DNA of 64,000 bases from Candidatus Micrarchaeia archaeon (GTDB lineage: Archaea; Micrarchaeota; Micrarchaeia; Micrarchaeales; CABMGC01), in NCBI GenBank assembly GCA_049976845.1, contig JBMFHL010000001.1, positions 1 through 64,000 on the forward strand, given 5' to 3'. This document shows, one piece after another, positions 9,402 through 17,785 of this stretch. Every line of letters begins with the position of its first letter. Position 1 is the stretch's first letter. Made by a program: the position numbers and the translations under genes. The notes under the pieces were generated by a model that had not been told where the DNA came from, did no database searches, and worked only from the letters and a program-made list of their open reading frames with translations.

Positions 9402-10765
9402 TAAGTTTAGTTTATATTTTCATCTTGCTCTTTGCCATTCTGGCACTAGGAAGCATGCTTGCTAGGATATTAAACAGAAAGGCACTGCTGTATGCTTTTT
9501 CTGTGCTTACTATTGCTGCAATTGCAGCCACTGCTGCAGATTTCATTTTTTCAGGCTCATTTGGAATTTATCTTGGTATTTTGTCGCTAAACCCATTTTC
9601 TTCTTTAATGATTATTCTTTTTGCTGCCGCAACAATACTTATTCTCTCTTACTCCCTAGAAGAAAGTACTTACGAGGACTTTGCGCTTCTTCTTAGTTTT
9701 GACTTTATAGGAGCCAGTGTTGTGGCAATGGCAAATTCTTTAATTACTATCTTCCTTGGGCTGGAACTTGTGGCAATTCCAACTACAATAATGATTCTTC
9801 TTTCGAGAAAAAGCCTTGAGGCTGGAATAAAGTACTTTGTAATAACTGCAATTGCTTCATCCCTCTTGGCTTTTGGAATTGCGCTTGTTTACCTTTTTTC
9901 TGGAAATTTGCTTTTGTTATCGCAGCCTTATAGTGTGGGGCTTGCCTTTGCTTTGGTTATGTTCATAGCTGCAATTGGCATAGAAGCCTCTGTATTCCCT
10001 TTCAATCTTTGGGTCCCAGATGTATACCAAGGCTCCCCTTCTTTTGTAACATCGGTGCTTGGAGGAATAAACAAAAAAGTAGGCCTTATAGCTTTGGTAG
10101 AAGTTGTGCTGATCATGTTTGGAACGTATACCATAGTAGCATACCTAGTTGCTGTACTTGCAATTCTTACGATGTTTTATGGGAATCTTGGTGCATTAAG
10201 GCAACAGAACATTAAGAGGATGCTTGCGTATTCTTCAATATCACAAGCAGGCTATATTATGATTGGCTTAGCAACCTTAACTTCTTATGGAATCTCTGCG
10301 AGCATATTTCAAATATTTGCCCACATCTTTATGTTCGTTGGTGCATTCGCAATAGTCTCTTGGCTTGAGGGCAAAAACAGAGTAAATATCAATGAATATG
10401 TTGGCTTGAATAGTGAAAACAGGCTTGCTGCATTAGGTCTGAGCATTTTTCTTTTATCTATGGCAGGCATACCGTTTACTGTGGGTTTCGTAGGGAAGTT
10501 TCTCCTCTTTTCAAGCGCGATATATGCAAACATGGCATGGCTTGCTATTCTAGGCATAATAAGCACTGTTATTTCTATCTATTATTATTCGCGTGTGATA
10601 ATTGCAATCTATACTAATAGAGCGGGCACAGTATATATTCACATGCATAGGAATGTGGCTGCTGTTGTTGCAGCATGTATAGTTATAGTGATTGCATTTG
10701 GCATATACCCGGGACCGGCAATCCATGCTGTTGAAAGCGCTGGCACTTATCTAATGCATGGCTAA
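9398..10765 (+). CDS. nuoN: complex I-like antiporter subunit N
   Basis: GLEL, EAGIKYF, PF.LWVPDVYQGSP, KRMLAYSSISQAGY and AGIPFTVGFVGKF motifs. Confidence 0.93.
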   Translation: MISLVYIFILLFAILALGSMLARILNRKALLYAFSVLTIAAIAATAADFIFSGSFGIYLGILSLNPFSSLMIILFAAATILILSYSLEESTYEDFALLLSFDFIGASVVAMANSLITIFLGLELVAIPTTIMILLSRKSLEAGIKYFVITAIASSLLAFGIALVYLFSGNLLLLSQPYSVGLAFALVMFIAAIGIEASVFPFNLWVPDVYQGSPSFVTSVLGGINKKVGLIALVEVVLIMFGTYTIVAYLVAVLAILTMFYGNLGALRQQNIKRMLAYSSISQAGYIMIGLATLTSYGISASIFQIFAHIFMFVGAFAIVSWLEGKNRVNINEYVGLNSENRLAALGLSIFLLSMAGIPFTVGFVGKFLLFSSAIYANMAWLAILGIISTVISIYYYSRVIIAIYTNRAGTVYIHMHRNVAAVVAACIVIVIAFGIYPGPAIHAVESAGTYLMHG

Positions 10766-10775
10766 ATCTAGAACT

Positions 10776-13571
10776 TTATCTCTGACCATATGTTGACAAG
10801 AAGGAGAGGTACCTTCCTACCGCCATGCTTGGCGCAGAAGGTCTTGTCTTTTCTATCAGGTCTGTTAGATCCGACATTGTAATTTTAAGCTCTTTATTTG
10901 AATCCACACTTTTTTCCAATGCATTCATCTTAGCCTGTCTGCAGAGGTTCGCTATATCGGCACCTGTAAATCCTGGAGTCATTGAGGCAAGCACAGCAAA
11001 ATTAATATTTGGTTCTAATGGTGCTTTCTTTAGGTACTGCTCGAATAAGCTTGCCCTGTCTTGTTCATTTGGAGGAGGAATAAATATGAGCTTGTCGAAT
11101 CGGCCTGCCCTTAGTAGCGCAGAGTCTAGCGCATCTGGCCTGTTTGTCGCACCTACAAGCACTATATTATACTTTGATTTCAGACCATCAAGTTCCTCGA
11201 GAAACTCACCTGTTAAGCTCACGCTAAGCTCACTTGCATTTTCTCTTGCAGGAACTACCGCATCTATCTCATCGATAAATATTATAGACGGTGCATTCTC
11301 CTTTGCTCTATTGAATGCCTCTTTTATCTTTAATATTGACAAATTGGTGCCTGCTTTACTTATCTCTGAACCTGAAAGAAGTATCATATGCACATCCCCT
11401 ATCTCTGAAGCAACTGCACGCATGAGCATGGTTTTGCCGGTGCCCGGAGGCCCAAAGAGCAGTATGCCCCTTATGTTCTCTATGTCATATTTCTTGACAA
11501 GATCCGGATGCAGTATTGGTATCTCTACCGCTTCATATATTGCCTTCTTCGCTTCTTCAAGACCTACTACATCATCGAGAGATACTGTACTGGTATCTTT
11601 ATCTTCGCGCTCTGGATGCACCCTCCTTTCGTAATCAAGCTTGAATGTCGTATATTCTTCTATCTGACTCAGCGATGTTGAAGGTTTTGTAAGCTTTATT
11701 ATCCTTACCATATCGCCCATTGTTATTTGCAGGATTTTGTTCATTGAGCTTGCTTCTTCTGCGGTCTCTCGTGCAGCCTCATCACATACATTTTTAATGT
11801 CAGCGCCAGAATATCTTTCGGATATTTCTGCAAGCTTGTGATAATCAATATCTTCCACTACAGGAAGCTTGGAGAGGTAGTATCTGAAGATCTTCTCTCT
11901 GCCGCTTGCGTCTGGAAGCGGCATGTATATTATCTTATCGAATCTGCCAGGCCTCATTATGCTTGGATCTAATAGCTGTGGCGTGTTTGTTGCACCAACT
12001 ATGACTACGCCTTCTATCTTCTGGAAGCCGTCCATTTCGCTTAGCAGTGTAGATAGGATCTGCTTACCAGATTCTGACTCCTGTATCTCCCTGCTTCCTG
12101 CTATGCCATCAATCTCATCAAAGAACAACACGCATGGGGTATGCTTTTTGGCAGTGGCAAATATTCTTGAAAGAGTCTGAGCACTTTCCCCGGAGTATGG
12201 AGAGAGTATTGACGATGCTTTTACATAGAAGAATCCTGCCCTAATGTCATTGGCTAGAGCCCTCATTATCAGTGTTTTGCCAGTGCCTGGAGGCCCAAAG
12301 AGCAGTATACCTTTTGTTGGATTTATTCCGTATGCTCCGGACAGCTCACGGTGTTCTATTGGCGCAATTATTGCTTCCTTCAGCTCTGTTTTTGTTTCTT
12401 CGTAGTTTGCAACATCGTCAAGCGTTTCGTTCGTGCCACTTGTCAGATCCTCGAAGCCTTCACCAAAATGGGACCTGAAATCGCGCTTCATCACTTCGAG
12501 AGCCTTGATTACTGGCACATCATTAAACTCCAAGAACAATATTATAAGAGGAGTAACTAGAAAGCCTAGCAATGGGTAATAAACAAAGCTGTTTTTAGTT
12601 AGGTATGAAAGAATTATGTATGTGATAGGTATTATTATGCTAAAGAGGCTTGCTTCTGAGCCCTTGTATTTGGACCTGCTTTTTATTATATAATTGCTCA
12701 TTACGAATACCACTATTATCCAAATAACGAGTTGCACTATCGCGATGTTACCTTCTATTGCAAGTGGCAGCATTGCCAAATAGAAACTGGTAGGTATGCC
12801 CCCAGTTACCTTAAAACCAAAGAAATTATCTACTGAATTTGCCCATGCCGAACCTAAGGATGTTATGTTTGGCGCCGTCTTTGTTGGCATTAGGTATTGT
12901 GCATAGCTATTGGAGATTATAAACGAGTGGGCTAATGATGCGTTGAAGACTATACTGCCAGTATTTTGCATGTTCATTATGCCTGAGAGCATAATTACAA
13001 TTAAAACTACTACAGCTACGCTTATAATGCCCCTCTTTGCCCCTACAAGCAGAACCATGAAGACAAGTGCAGGTATCTCAATAAAATAGCCCAAATAAGA
13101 GAATGGGAGGGCAATAAGCAGATAAGTCAATGTTATTATACGATAGTGCTTGAAGCCCAATAGGAGAGAGACGCTTACGAAAATTGTGAAGAGCCATGCA
13201 AGCAGAGGAGCTTGATATATAAACATTGGTAATGTTTCAAAAAACAGAGTCATAAGCCCAAAGAGAGGATGTATCATTGTTACAATAAAAGTAAGCACCA
13301 GCAATGGTATTATTATTATTGGAGGTAAAAACGGGAGGGCGATGGAGACGCTTGCTAATGTGAAAGTAGTTGCGATTGCATCAGGAAAATTTGGATGTGA
13401 AGTAAAATCTTTCAGTATGTCTTTGAGCCAGTAAGTCGAGAGAGGCAAGCTCCTTTTAATTGATACTTCGCTCTTTTGCTTTGGCCTTTTACCTAGTACT
13501 ACACTTTTCTTTTTCTTTTTGTTCTGGGTACTGGGCGCCGCCTTAGTAACCGTGCTCTGACCATCGGGCAT
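10776..13571 (-). CDS. polytopic membrane protein fused to two Cdc48/VAT-type AAA+ ATPase domains
   Basis: Roughly aa 65-350 is multi-pass hydrophobic. Then two copies each of GILLFGPPGTGKT, Walker B (FFDEID, FIDEID), ATN and the SRH (RPGRFD, RAGRFD). Confidence 0.92.
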   Translation of the reverse strand: MPDGQSTVTKAAPSTQNKKKKKSVVLGKRPKQKSEVSIKRSLPLSTYWLKDILKDFTSHPNFPDAIATTFTLASVSIALPFLPPIIIIPLLVLTFIVTMIHPLFGLMTLFFETLPMFIYQAPLLAWLFTIFVSVSLLLGFKHYRIITLTYLLIALPFSYLGYFIEIPALVFMVLLVGAKRGIISVAVVVLIVIMLSGIMNMQNTGSIVFNASLAHSFIISNSYAQYLMPTKTAPNITSLGSAWANSVDNFFGFKVTGGIPTSFYLAMLPLAIEGNIAIVQLVIWIIVVFVMSNYIIKSRSKYKGSEASLFSIIIPITYIILSYLTKNSFVYYPLLGFLVTPLIILFLEFNDVPVIKALEVMKRDFRSHFGEGFEDLTSGTNETLDDVANYEETKTELKEAIIAPIEHRELSGAYGINPTKGILLFGPPGTGKTLIMRALANDIRAGFFYVKASSILSPYSGESAQTLSRIFATAKKHTPCVLFFDEIDGIAGSREIQESESGKQILSTLLSEMDGFQKIEGVVIVGATNTPQLLDPSIMRPGRFDKIIYMPLPDASGREKIFRYYLSKLPVVEDIDYHKLAEISERYSGADIKNVCDEAARETAEEASSMNKILQITMGDMVRIIKLTKPSTSLSQIEEYTTFKLDYERRVHPEREDKDTSTVSLDDVVGLEEAKKAIYEAVEIPILHPDLVKKYDIENIRGILLFGPPGTGKTMLMRAVASEIGDVHMILLSGSEISKAGTNLSILKIKEAFNRAKENAPSIIFIDEIDAVVPARENASELSVSLTGEFLEELDGLKSKYNIVLVGATNRPDALDSALLRAGRFDKLIFIPPPNEQDRASLFEQYLKKAPLEPNINFAVLASMTPGFTGADIANLCRQAKMNALEKSVDSNKELKITMSDLTDLIEKTRPSAPSMAVGRYLSFLSTYGQR

Positions 13572-13626
13572 AATTTTTATAGCTATCTATAGATATAATA
13601 ATATTAACCTTGTATATTTTGATTCA

Positions 13627-13737
13627 CCCGTTGTAGCTCAATGGCTAGAGCGGCCGGCTGTAGTTTGGAAGCTTTTGATTTGTAGAAGTTGTCAAAAGGA
13701 TACCGGCAGGTTGGGTGTTCGACTCACCCCAACGGGA
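13627..13737 (+). tRNA. tRNA-Tyr(GTA) with a 38-nt intron at 37/38 (13664-13701)
   Basis: Acceptor CCCGTTG/CAACGGG+A with the archaeal C1-G72 pair; anticodon stem GCCGG/CCGGC with CT-GTA-G; T arm GGGTG-TTCGACT-CACCC. Confidence 0.93.
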
Positions 13738-13752
13738 ATTTATGGTGATTAT

Positions 13753-14025
13753 GTGTTTGTTGTATTGTTAGGCTACTTTGCCGGCACACTTACTACTATG
13801 GCAGTGTTGCCCGAGATCTTCAGGCTTAGGAAAACAAAAAGAGCTGGAGAGCTTTCATATGCATGGCTTTCGATTGTATTTATAGGCCTTATCTCTTGGT
13901 CCATTTATGGATTTTTTATAAACAGCATGCCTTTAATTGTGCTTAGCTTATTACAATCCCTGCTTTATTTTATACTTATAGCAATGAAAGCTTCATATAC
14001 TAAGGGATTTAAATCTCAGCGCTAA
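13753..14025 (+). CDS. SemiSWEET/PQ-loop (MtN3-like) 3-TM transporter
   Basis: G..AG.LTT.A.LP(E)....KTK.A..LS...W..YG pattern. GTG start follows a GGTGA SD. The ORF-track extension upstream overlaps tRNA-Tyr. Confidence 0.8.
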   Translation: MFVVLLGYFAGTLTTMAVLPEIFRLRKTKRAGELSYAWLSIVFIGLISWSIYGFFINSMPLIVLSLLQSLLYFILIAMKASYTKGFKSQR

Positions 14026-14037
14026 ATATAATTGGAT

Positions 14038-14110
14038 GCCTCGGTAGTGTAGTGGTCCAGCATACGAGCCTGTCACGCTTGTGACCCGGGTTCGAATCCC
14101 GGCCGAGGCG
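14038..14110 (+). tRNA. tRNA-Asp(GTC)
   Basis: Acceptor GCCTCGG/CCGAGGC+G; anticodon arm CGAGC-CTGTCAC-GCTTG; T arm CCGGG-TTCGAAT-CCCGG. Confidence 0.96.
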
Positions 14111-14214
14111 CTTTCCTATTAATTTCCCTACAGCATAGGTAAAAGAGCGCAAGTTTTTGTTATTAGCAAAAATATTTAAGAATCCAACTTGCCAACTATT
14201 AATCACGTGGTTTC

Positions 14215-14970
14215 ATGAAACAATCTGAAGTATCAAAACTATTTGAAGAGAGATGGAATGAGCCTTGGAAGCTCAGGGAAGCGAGGGCAAATGCACTTAA
14301 AAGAAGTGGAGGCAAAATAGTTGAACTTCTCGCGAGCACGCCTCTTCCCACAGAGTATGGTTATTGGACATACATGGTCTTTGGCGACTATACGACAGGG
14401 GAATTTCATACTGCAATTGTATACGGAGATGCCAGAAAGAGCATTAAAAAGGAAGGAATGCTTTTGAGAGTGCATTCCTCTTGCGCAACAAGCGAGCTTT
14501 TTCACGCAACAAACTGCGAATGCAGGGAAGAGCTTGAGGAGGCGCTGAAAAGGATAAGAAAAAACGGAAAAGGCTTGGTAATATACATGAACCAGGAAGG
14601 TGCTGGCAACGGCATAACGCCAAAAATAATGGCTTATTCCAAATCGCTTGTGTGGAAGAATGGCAAAATTGTCGAGGCAAAAGGTAAGCATGGCAAGGTC
14701 GTCAGTGTATATGATGGCTACAAAATGCTTGGCTATCCTCCTGAAAACAGGTCTCTTATCGCAGCTGCCGAGATATTGAAGATACTAGGGATAAAATCAG
14801 TTGTGCTTATGACAAATAATCCGAAGAAGATTGAGGAGCTTGAGAAATATGGCATAAGCGTAAAGCCAATGGGCATACACATAAAACCTAAAAACAAAAT
14901 TGTAAGGGAGCACCTCAGGGCTAAGGCTGAGATGCTAGGGCATAGGATAAGCGAGAAGGACATTGAGTGA
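14215..14970 (+). CDS. ribA: GTP cyclohydrolase II-like protein (divergent)
   Basis: LPTEYG, RVHSSC.T.ELF....CEC, QEG.G.G...K..AY and MTNNPKK motifs. Confidence 0.8.
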   Translation: MKQSEVSKLFEERWNEPWKLREARANALKRSGGKIVELLASTPLPTEYGYWTYMVFGDYTTGEFHTAIVYGDARKSIKKEGMLLRVHSSCATSELFHATNCECREELEEALKRIRKNGKGLVIYMNQEGAGNGITPKIMAYSKSLVWKNGKIVEAKGKHGKVVSVYDGYKMLGYPPENRSLIAAAEILKILGIKSVVLMTNNPKKIEELEKYGISVKPMGIHIKPKNKIVREHLRAKAEMLGHRISEKDIE

Positions 14971-15107
14971 ACATCTAGCTGAGGATTGAGTTTATATAAT
15001 TACTGCTATGCATTCTCTAATTTTACTTGTTTTTCAGTTTTAACCTTGACTACCTTATTTTTTCAATAGGATTTAAATCTTTGAGTTGCTACTTTTAACT
15101 GATAGTC

Positions 15108-15566
15108 ATGTATTCGGATACAAGATCGCTTATAGTAAGCGATGTAATGAGTAAGCCCGTGATAACTGCTAACGGCAAGGATAGTATAAAGAGTATAGCC
15201 AACAAGATGAAAAGATATGATGTTAGCTCTATTGTGATAGTTGATAAGCAGAACAAGCCGATAGGTATAGTAACAGAAGGAGACATCGTTAAAAGAATAC
15301 TATCTAGGAAGAGGAACCTGCTTTTCGTAAAAGCTTCACATGTTATGAGCAAGCCTGTCGTAAGCGTCAAAAAGGACCTCTCGCTTGAAGCTGCTGCCAA
15401 GATGATGGTTAGCAAGAAGATAAAGAAGCTGTGTGTTGTTGGAGACGACGGCGTATTAACAGGGATAATAAGCGAAGGGGACATAGTAAAAAATGCAAGC
15501 TATCTTATAGACGTGCTCAAAGAGATTATTGAAACTGGTTACATAGAAAGGAAGGACGAAGGCTAA
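15108..15566 (+). CDS. CBS-domain pair protein
   Basis: Two CBS repeats (DVMSKPVIT...GIVTEGDI and HVMSKPVV...GIISEGDI). Confidence 0.92.
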   Translation: MYSDTRSLIVSDVMSKPVITANGKDSIKSIANKMKRYDVSSIVIVDKQNKPIGIVTEGDIVKRILSRKRNLLFVKASHVMSKPVVSVKKDLSLEAAAKMMVSKKIKKLCVVGDDGVLTGIISEGDIVKNASYLIDVLKEIIETGYIERKDEG

Positions 15567-15595
15567 TTTTTCTGGTTCTGTGTTAATTTTAATTG

Positions 15596-15901
15596 CTAAG
15601 ACATATCTATACTTTCTTCAGGATATCCGAGCGACAGCAAGGCTTTCTTTACCTCCTCTTTGTGCATCCCCTGCAGCTCTATAACCCCATTTTTATAGGT
15701 GCCTCCGCATGCAAGCATGCTCTTGAGTGACTTGGCAGTATTTTCAAGTTCGTCGCCTGAGAGGCCTGATACCATTGTCATGTATTTCCTAAATTTCTTC
15801 TTCTCTATGTATACCCTTATCTTCTTCGATGTTTCCCTTTCCAATACATCGCATACACATAGTTCTTTAGGTAATCCGCATTTGGGACATATTTCTGACA
15901 T
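15596..15901 (-). CDS. sui1: translation initiation factor aIF1 (SUI1)
   Basis: CPKCGLPKELCVC, LKSMLACGGT and IELQG motifs; follows rpl29. Confidence 0.95.
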   Translation of the reverse strand: MSEICPKCGLPKELCVCDVLERETSKKIRVYIEKKKFRKYMTMVSGLSGDELENTAKSLKSMLACGGTYKNGVIELQGMHKEEVKKALLSLGYPEESIDMS

Positions 15902-16107
15902 TAAAGTTTGACACCTCTCTCTTTGAGCAGCGTTAGTATTTGTGCAATGGTGCGCCTCAACTCCCTTGCCTTGACCTTCTTGCTTGAAACGCCTGTTGAA
16001 GCAATCTTTCTTTTCTCTATGTTAAGATCTAGTTTAACCTCTCCAAGCCTTGCCTTCAATGCCTCATTGGATAGCGCTTTAAGATCTTTTATTTTCATTA
16101 GCATCAC
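15901..16107 (-). CDS. rpl29: 50S ribosomal protein L29
   Basis: KDLKALS...LRRTIAQILT and operon position. Confidence 0.92.
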   Translation of the reverse strand: MMLMKIKDLKALSNEALKARLGEVKLDLNIEKRKIASTGVSSKKVKARELRRTIAQILTLLKERGVKL

Positions 16108-16114
16108 TCATTTA

Positions 16115-16741
16115 TTATTTGGCTGCAGCTATGCTCTTAGGCAGAGCCACTTCCTTTATTTCTCTGTCAGGGAAGACTGTGCCAGGCTGGACAATCCTTA
16201 CCTTTATACCTATAGCACCATATTTTGGATATGCTGTCAGGTGGACTTCGTCTACGAAAGCCGTGACACCGCCTGCCTTTGGCAGATAGCCATGCCTCAC
16301 CTTTATTGAACGCGCCTTTGCGCCTTTTGCGGCAAGCTTGCCTGCCACTATAATCTCGGCACCCAGTGCGCCGTTTGCTATCAAGTCCCTCAATATTGAA
16401 TGAAGCAGACTTCTTGGATTTGCACCCCTCTCTAGTGAATTGGCTATATACCTTGCAATTATCCTTGGCTCTAATTTAGGATTCTTTACTTCTGCAACGC
16501 TTATTTGCGGATTGTCTATGTGAAACTTTGTCTTTAGGCTGTCGGTAAGTGCATTGATTGTTTGGCCACCGCTGCCTATGACCCTGCCAGGATTTGTCAC
16601 ATATACTGTTATTCTTGTTATCATTGGTGTTTTTTGAATATCTACTCTGGAGAAGCCTGCCCTTGTGAGCTCCTTCTCAAGGTATTCAGATATTCTCAGT
16701 TTTATCAACGCGTCACTGATAAATTTTCTTTCTACTACCAT
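16115..16741 (-). CDS. rps3: 30S ribosomal protein S3
   Basis: AGFS.VDIQKTP, KH-domain PGRVIGSGG, GAEII.AGKL and GAIGIKVRI. Confidence 0.97.
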   Translation of the reverse strand: MVVERKFISDALIKLRISEYLEKELTRAGFSRVDIQKTPMITRITVYVTNPGRVIGSGGQTINALTDSLKTKFHIDNPQISVAEVKNPKLEPRIIARYIANSLERGANPRSLLHSILRDLIANGALGAEIIVAGKLAAKGAKARSIKVRHGYLPKAGGVTAFVDEVHLTAYPKYGAIGIKVRIVQPGTVFPDREIKEVALPKSIAAAK

Positions 16742-16746
16742 AAATA

Positions 16747-17394
16747 TTACACCTTTGCCTTTGCCTGCACTTTTGTTTCTGCCACTCCTTCTTTTGCCGC
16801 TGGCTTGCTTGTTGTCTTGCTTTTATTCTTAGGCATTTCTTTTTGCACTGTTGCCTTTTGCTTGTGGTCCTTTGCTTTTATGAAGTATTTCATATTCCTT
16901 GTCAGCCACTGCTCATCCTTATTGGCAAGTCCTATTTCTATTTTAGCATATTCTAAATCGCTGTGGAGTATTGCTGATCTTCCATATCTTCCGCGCCCCC
17001 ATGCCAATGACCCTTTTGATGGATACCTTCTTTCTATGTGCGTTTTGTTTGCAGTGGCATGGACTATATACATTTCTTCTCCAGACATGCCTTTGTTGTT
17101 GGCGTTTGCAATCGCATTTATCAGTGTAAGCCTTACCTGCTTTGCTGCCCTCACAGGGTATGCACCTTTCCTTCCATGAAGCTCATGCCTAAGTCCCATG
17201 CCCTTGTTATGCCTTTTGTATTCTATTGGGATTTCCTTTGCTATGACACGATCGAGCAAATCAAGCGCCTTTATTGAATTCATATATCTTATCTCGCCGC
17301 ATATTGCCGATAGGTCCTTATGGCTGGCATTTATCTCGTATTTCTGTGCCATTACAGGGTTTGCGCCTTTTATGTTAAATGAGTATTTCATCAC
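16747..17394 (-). CDS. rpl22: 50S ribosomal protein L22 with a Lys-rich C-terminal extension
   Basis: G.YPVRAA, NAIANA.NKG and operon position. Confidence 0.93.
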   Translation of the reverse strand: MMKYSFNIKGANPVMAQKYEINASHKDLSAICGEIRYMNSIKALDLLDRVIAKEIPIEYKRHNKGMGLRHELHGRKGAYPVRAAKQVRLTLINAIANANNKGMSGEEMYIVHATANKTHIERRYPSKGSLAWGRGRYGRSAILHSDLEYAKIEIGLANKDEQWLTRNMKYFIKAKDHKQKATVQKEMPKNKSKTTSKPAAKEGVAETKVQAKAKV

Positions 17395-17783
17395 TTCACC
17401 GATAGGAACTTGCTTCCACGTGTAGCCCTTATTCCTGGGGCAGAATGCAATACACGCTTTGATGTAAATATGAATTCGCCAAGCCTGTGTGAGAGCATTT
17501 CAGGGGTTATTTCCAGCTCCTTAAATTCCTTGCCGTTATAAACTGCAAACTTCATGCCTACCCAAGATGGAATTATTACGGCACTCCTTATATGCGTTCT
17601 GATTACTTTGCCATTGCCAAGCTTCTGCGCTTTTTCGACTTTTTTTATGAGGCTTTTTTCTCTTATGCTCATTCTCTCAAGCGTTCTCCTCTGCCTTGAC
17701 TTGAGAAGCTTTGAAAAACTCTCCAAGTCCATTGATTTCAATTCTTCTATTGTTTTGCCTCTAAATGTAAATGTTCGTGCCAT
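17391..17783 (-). CDS. rps19: 30S ribosomal protein S19
   Basis: FTFRGKTIEEL, VYNGKEF, HRLGEF and PGIRATRGSKF motifs. Confidence 0.97.
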   Translation of the reverse strand: MARTFTFRGKTIEELKSMDLESFSKLLKSRQRRTLERMSIREKSLIKKVEKAQKLGNGKVIRTHIRSAVIIPSWVGMKFAVYNGKEFKELEITPEMLSHRLGEFIFTSKRVLHSAPGIRATRGSKFLSVK

Positions 17784-17785
17784 CT

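Noticed and set aside
10825..11634. 269-aa plus-strand ORF inside the AAA+ gene
   Set aside because: Antisense shadow of a well-conserved coding frame, Ser-rich with no motifs. The same applies to the many other antisense ORFs in the track (e.g. 16562-17179, 42526-43179, 48546-49019).
13675..13752. N-terminal extension of the SemiSWEET ORF, and the ORFs at 14009-14206, 31488-31676, 41251-41457 and 43792-43980
   Set aside because: They run through tRNA genes and are artefacts of GC-rich tRNA sequence.
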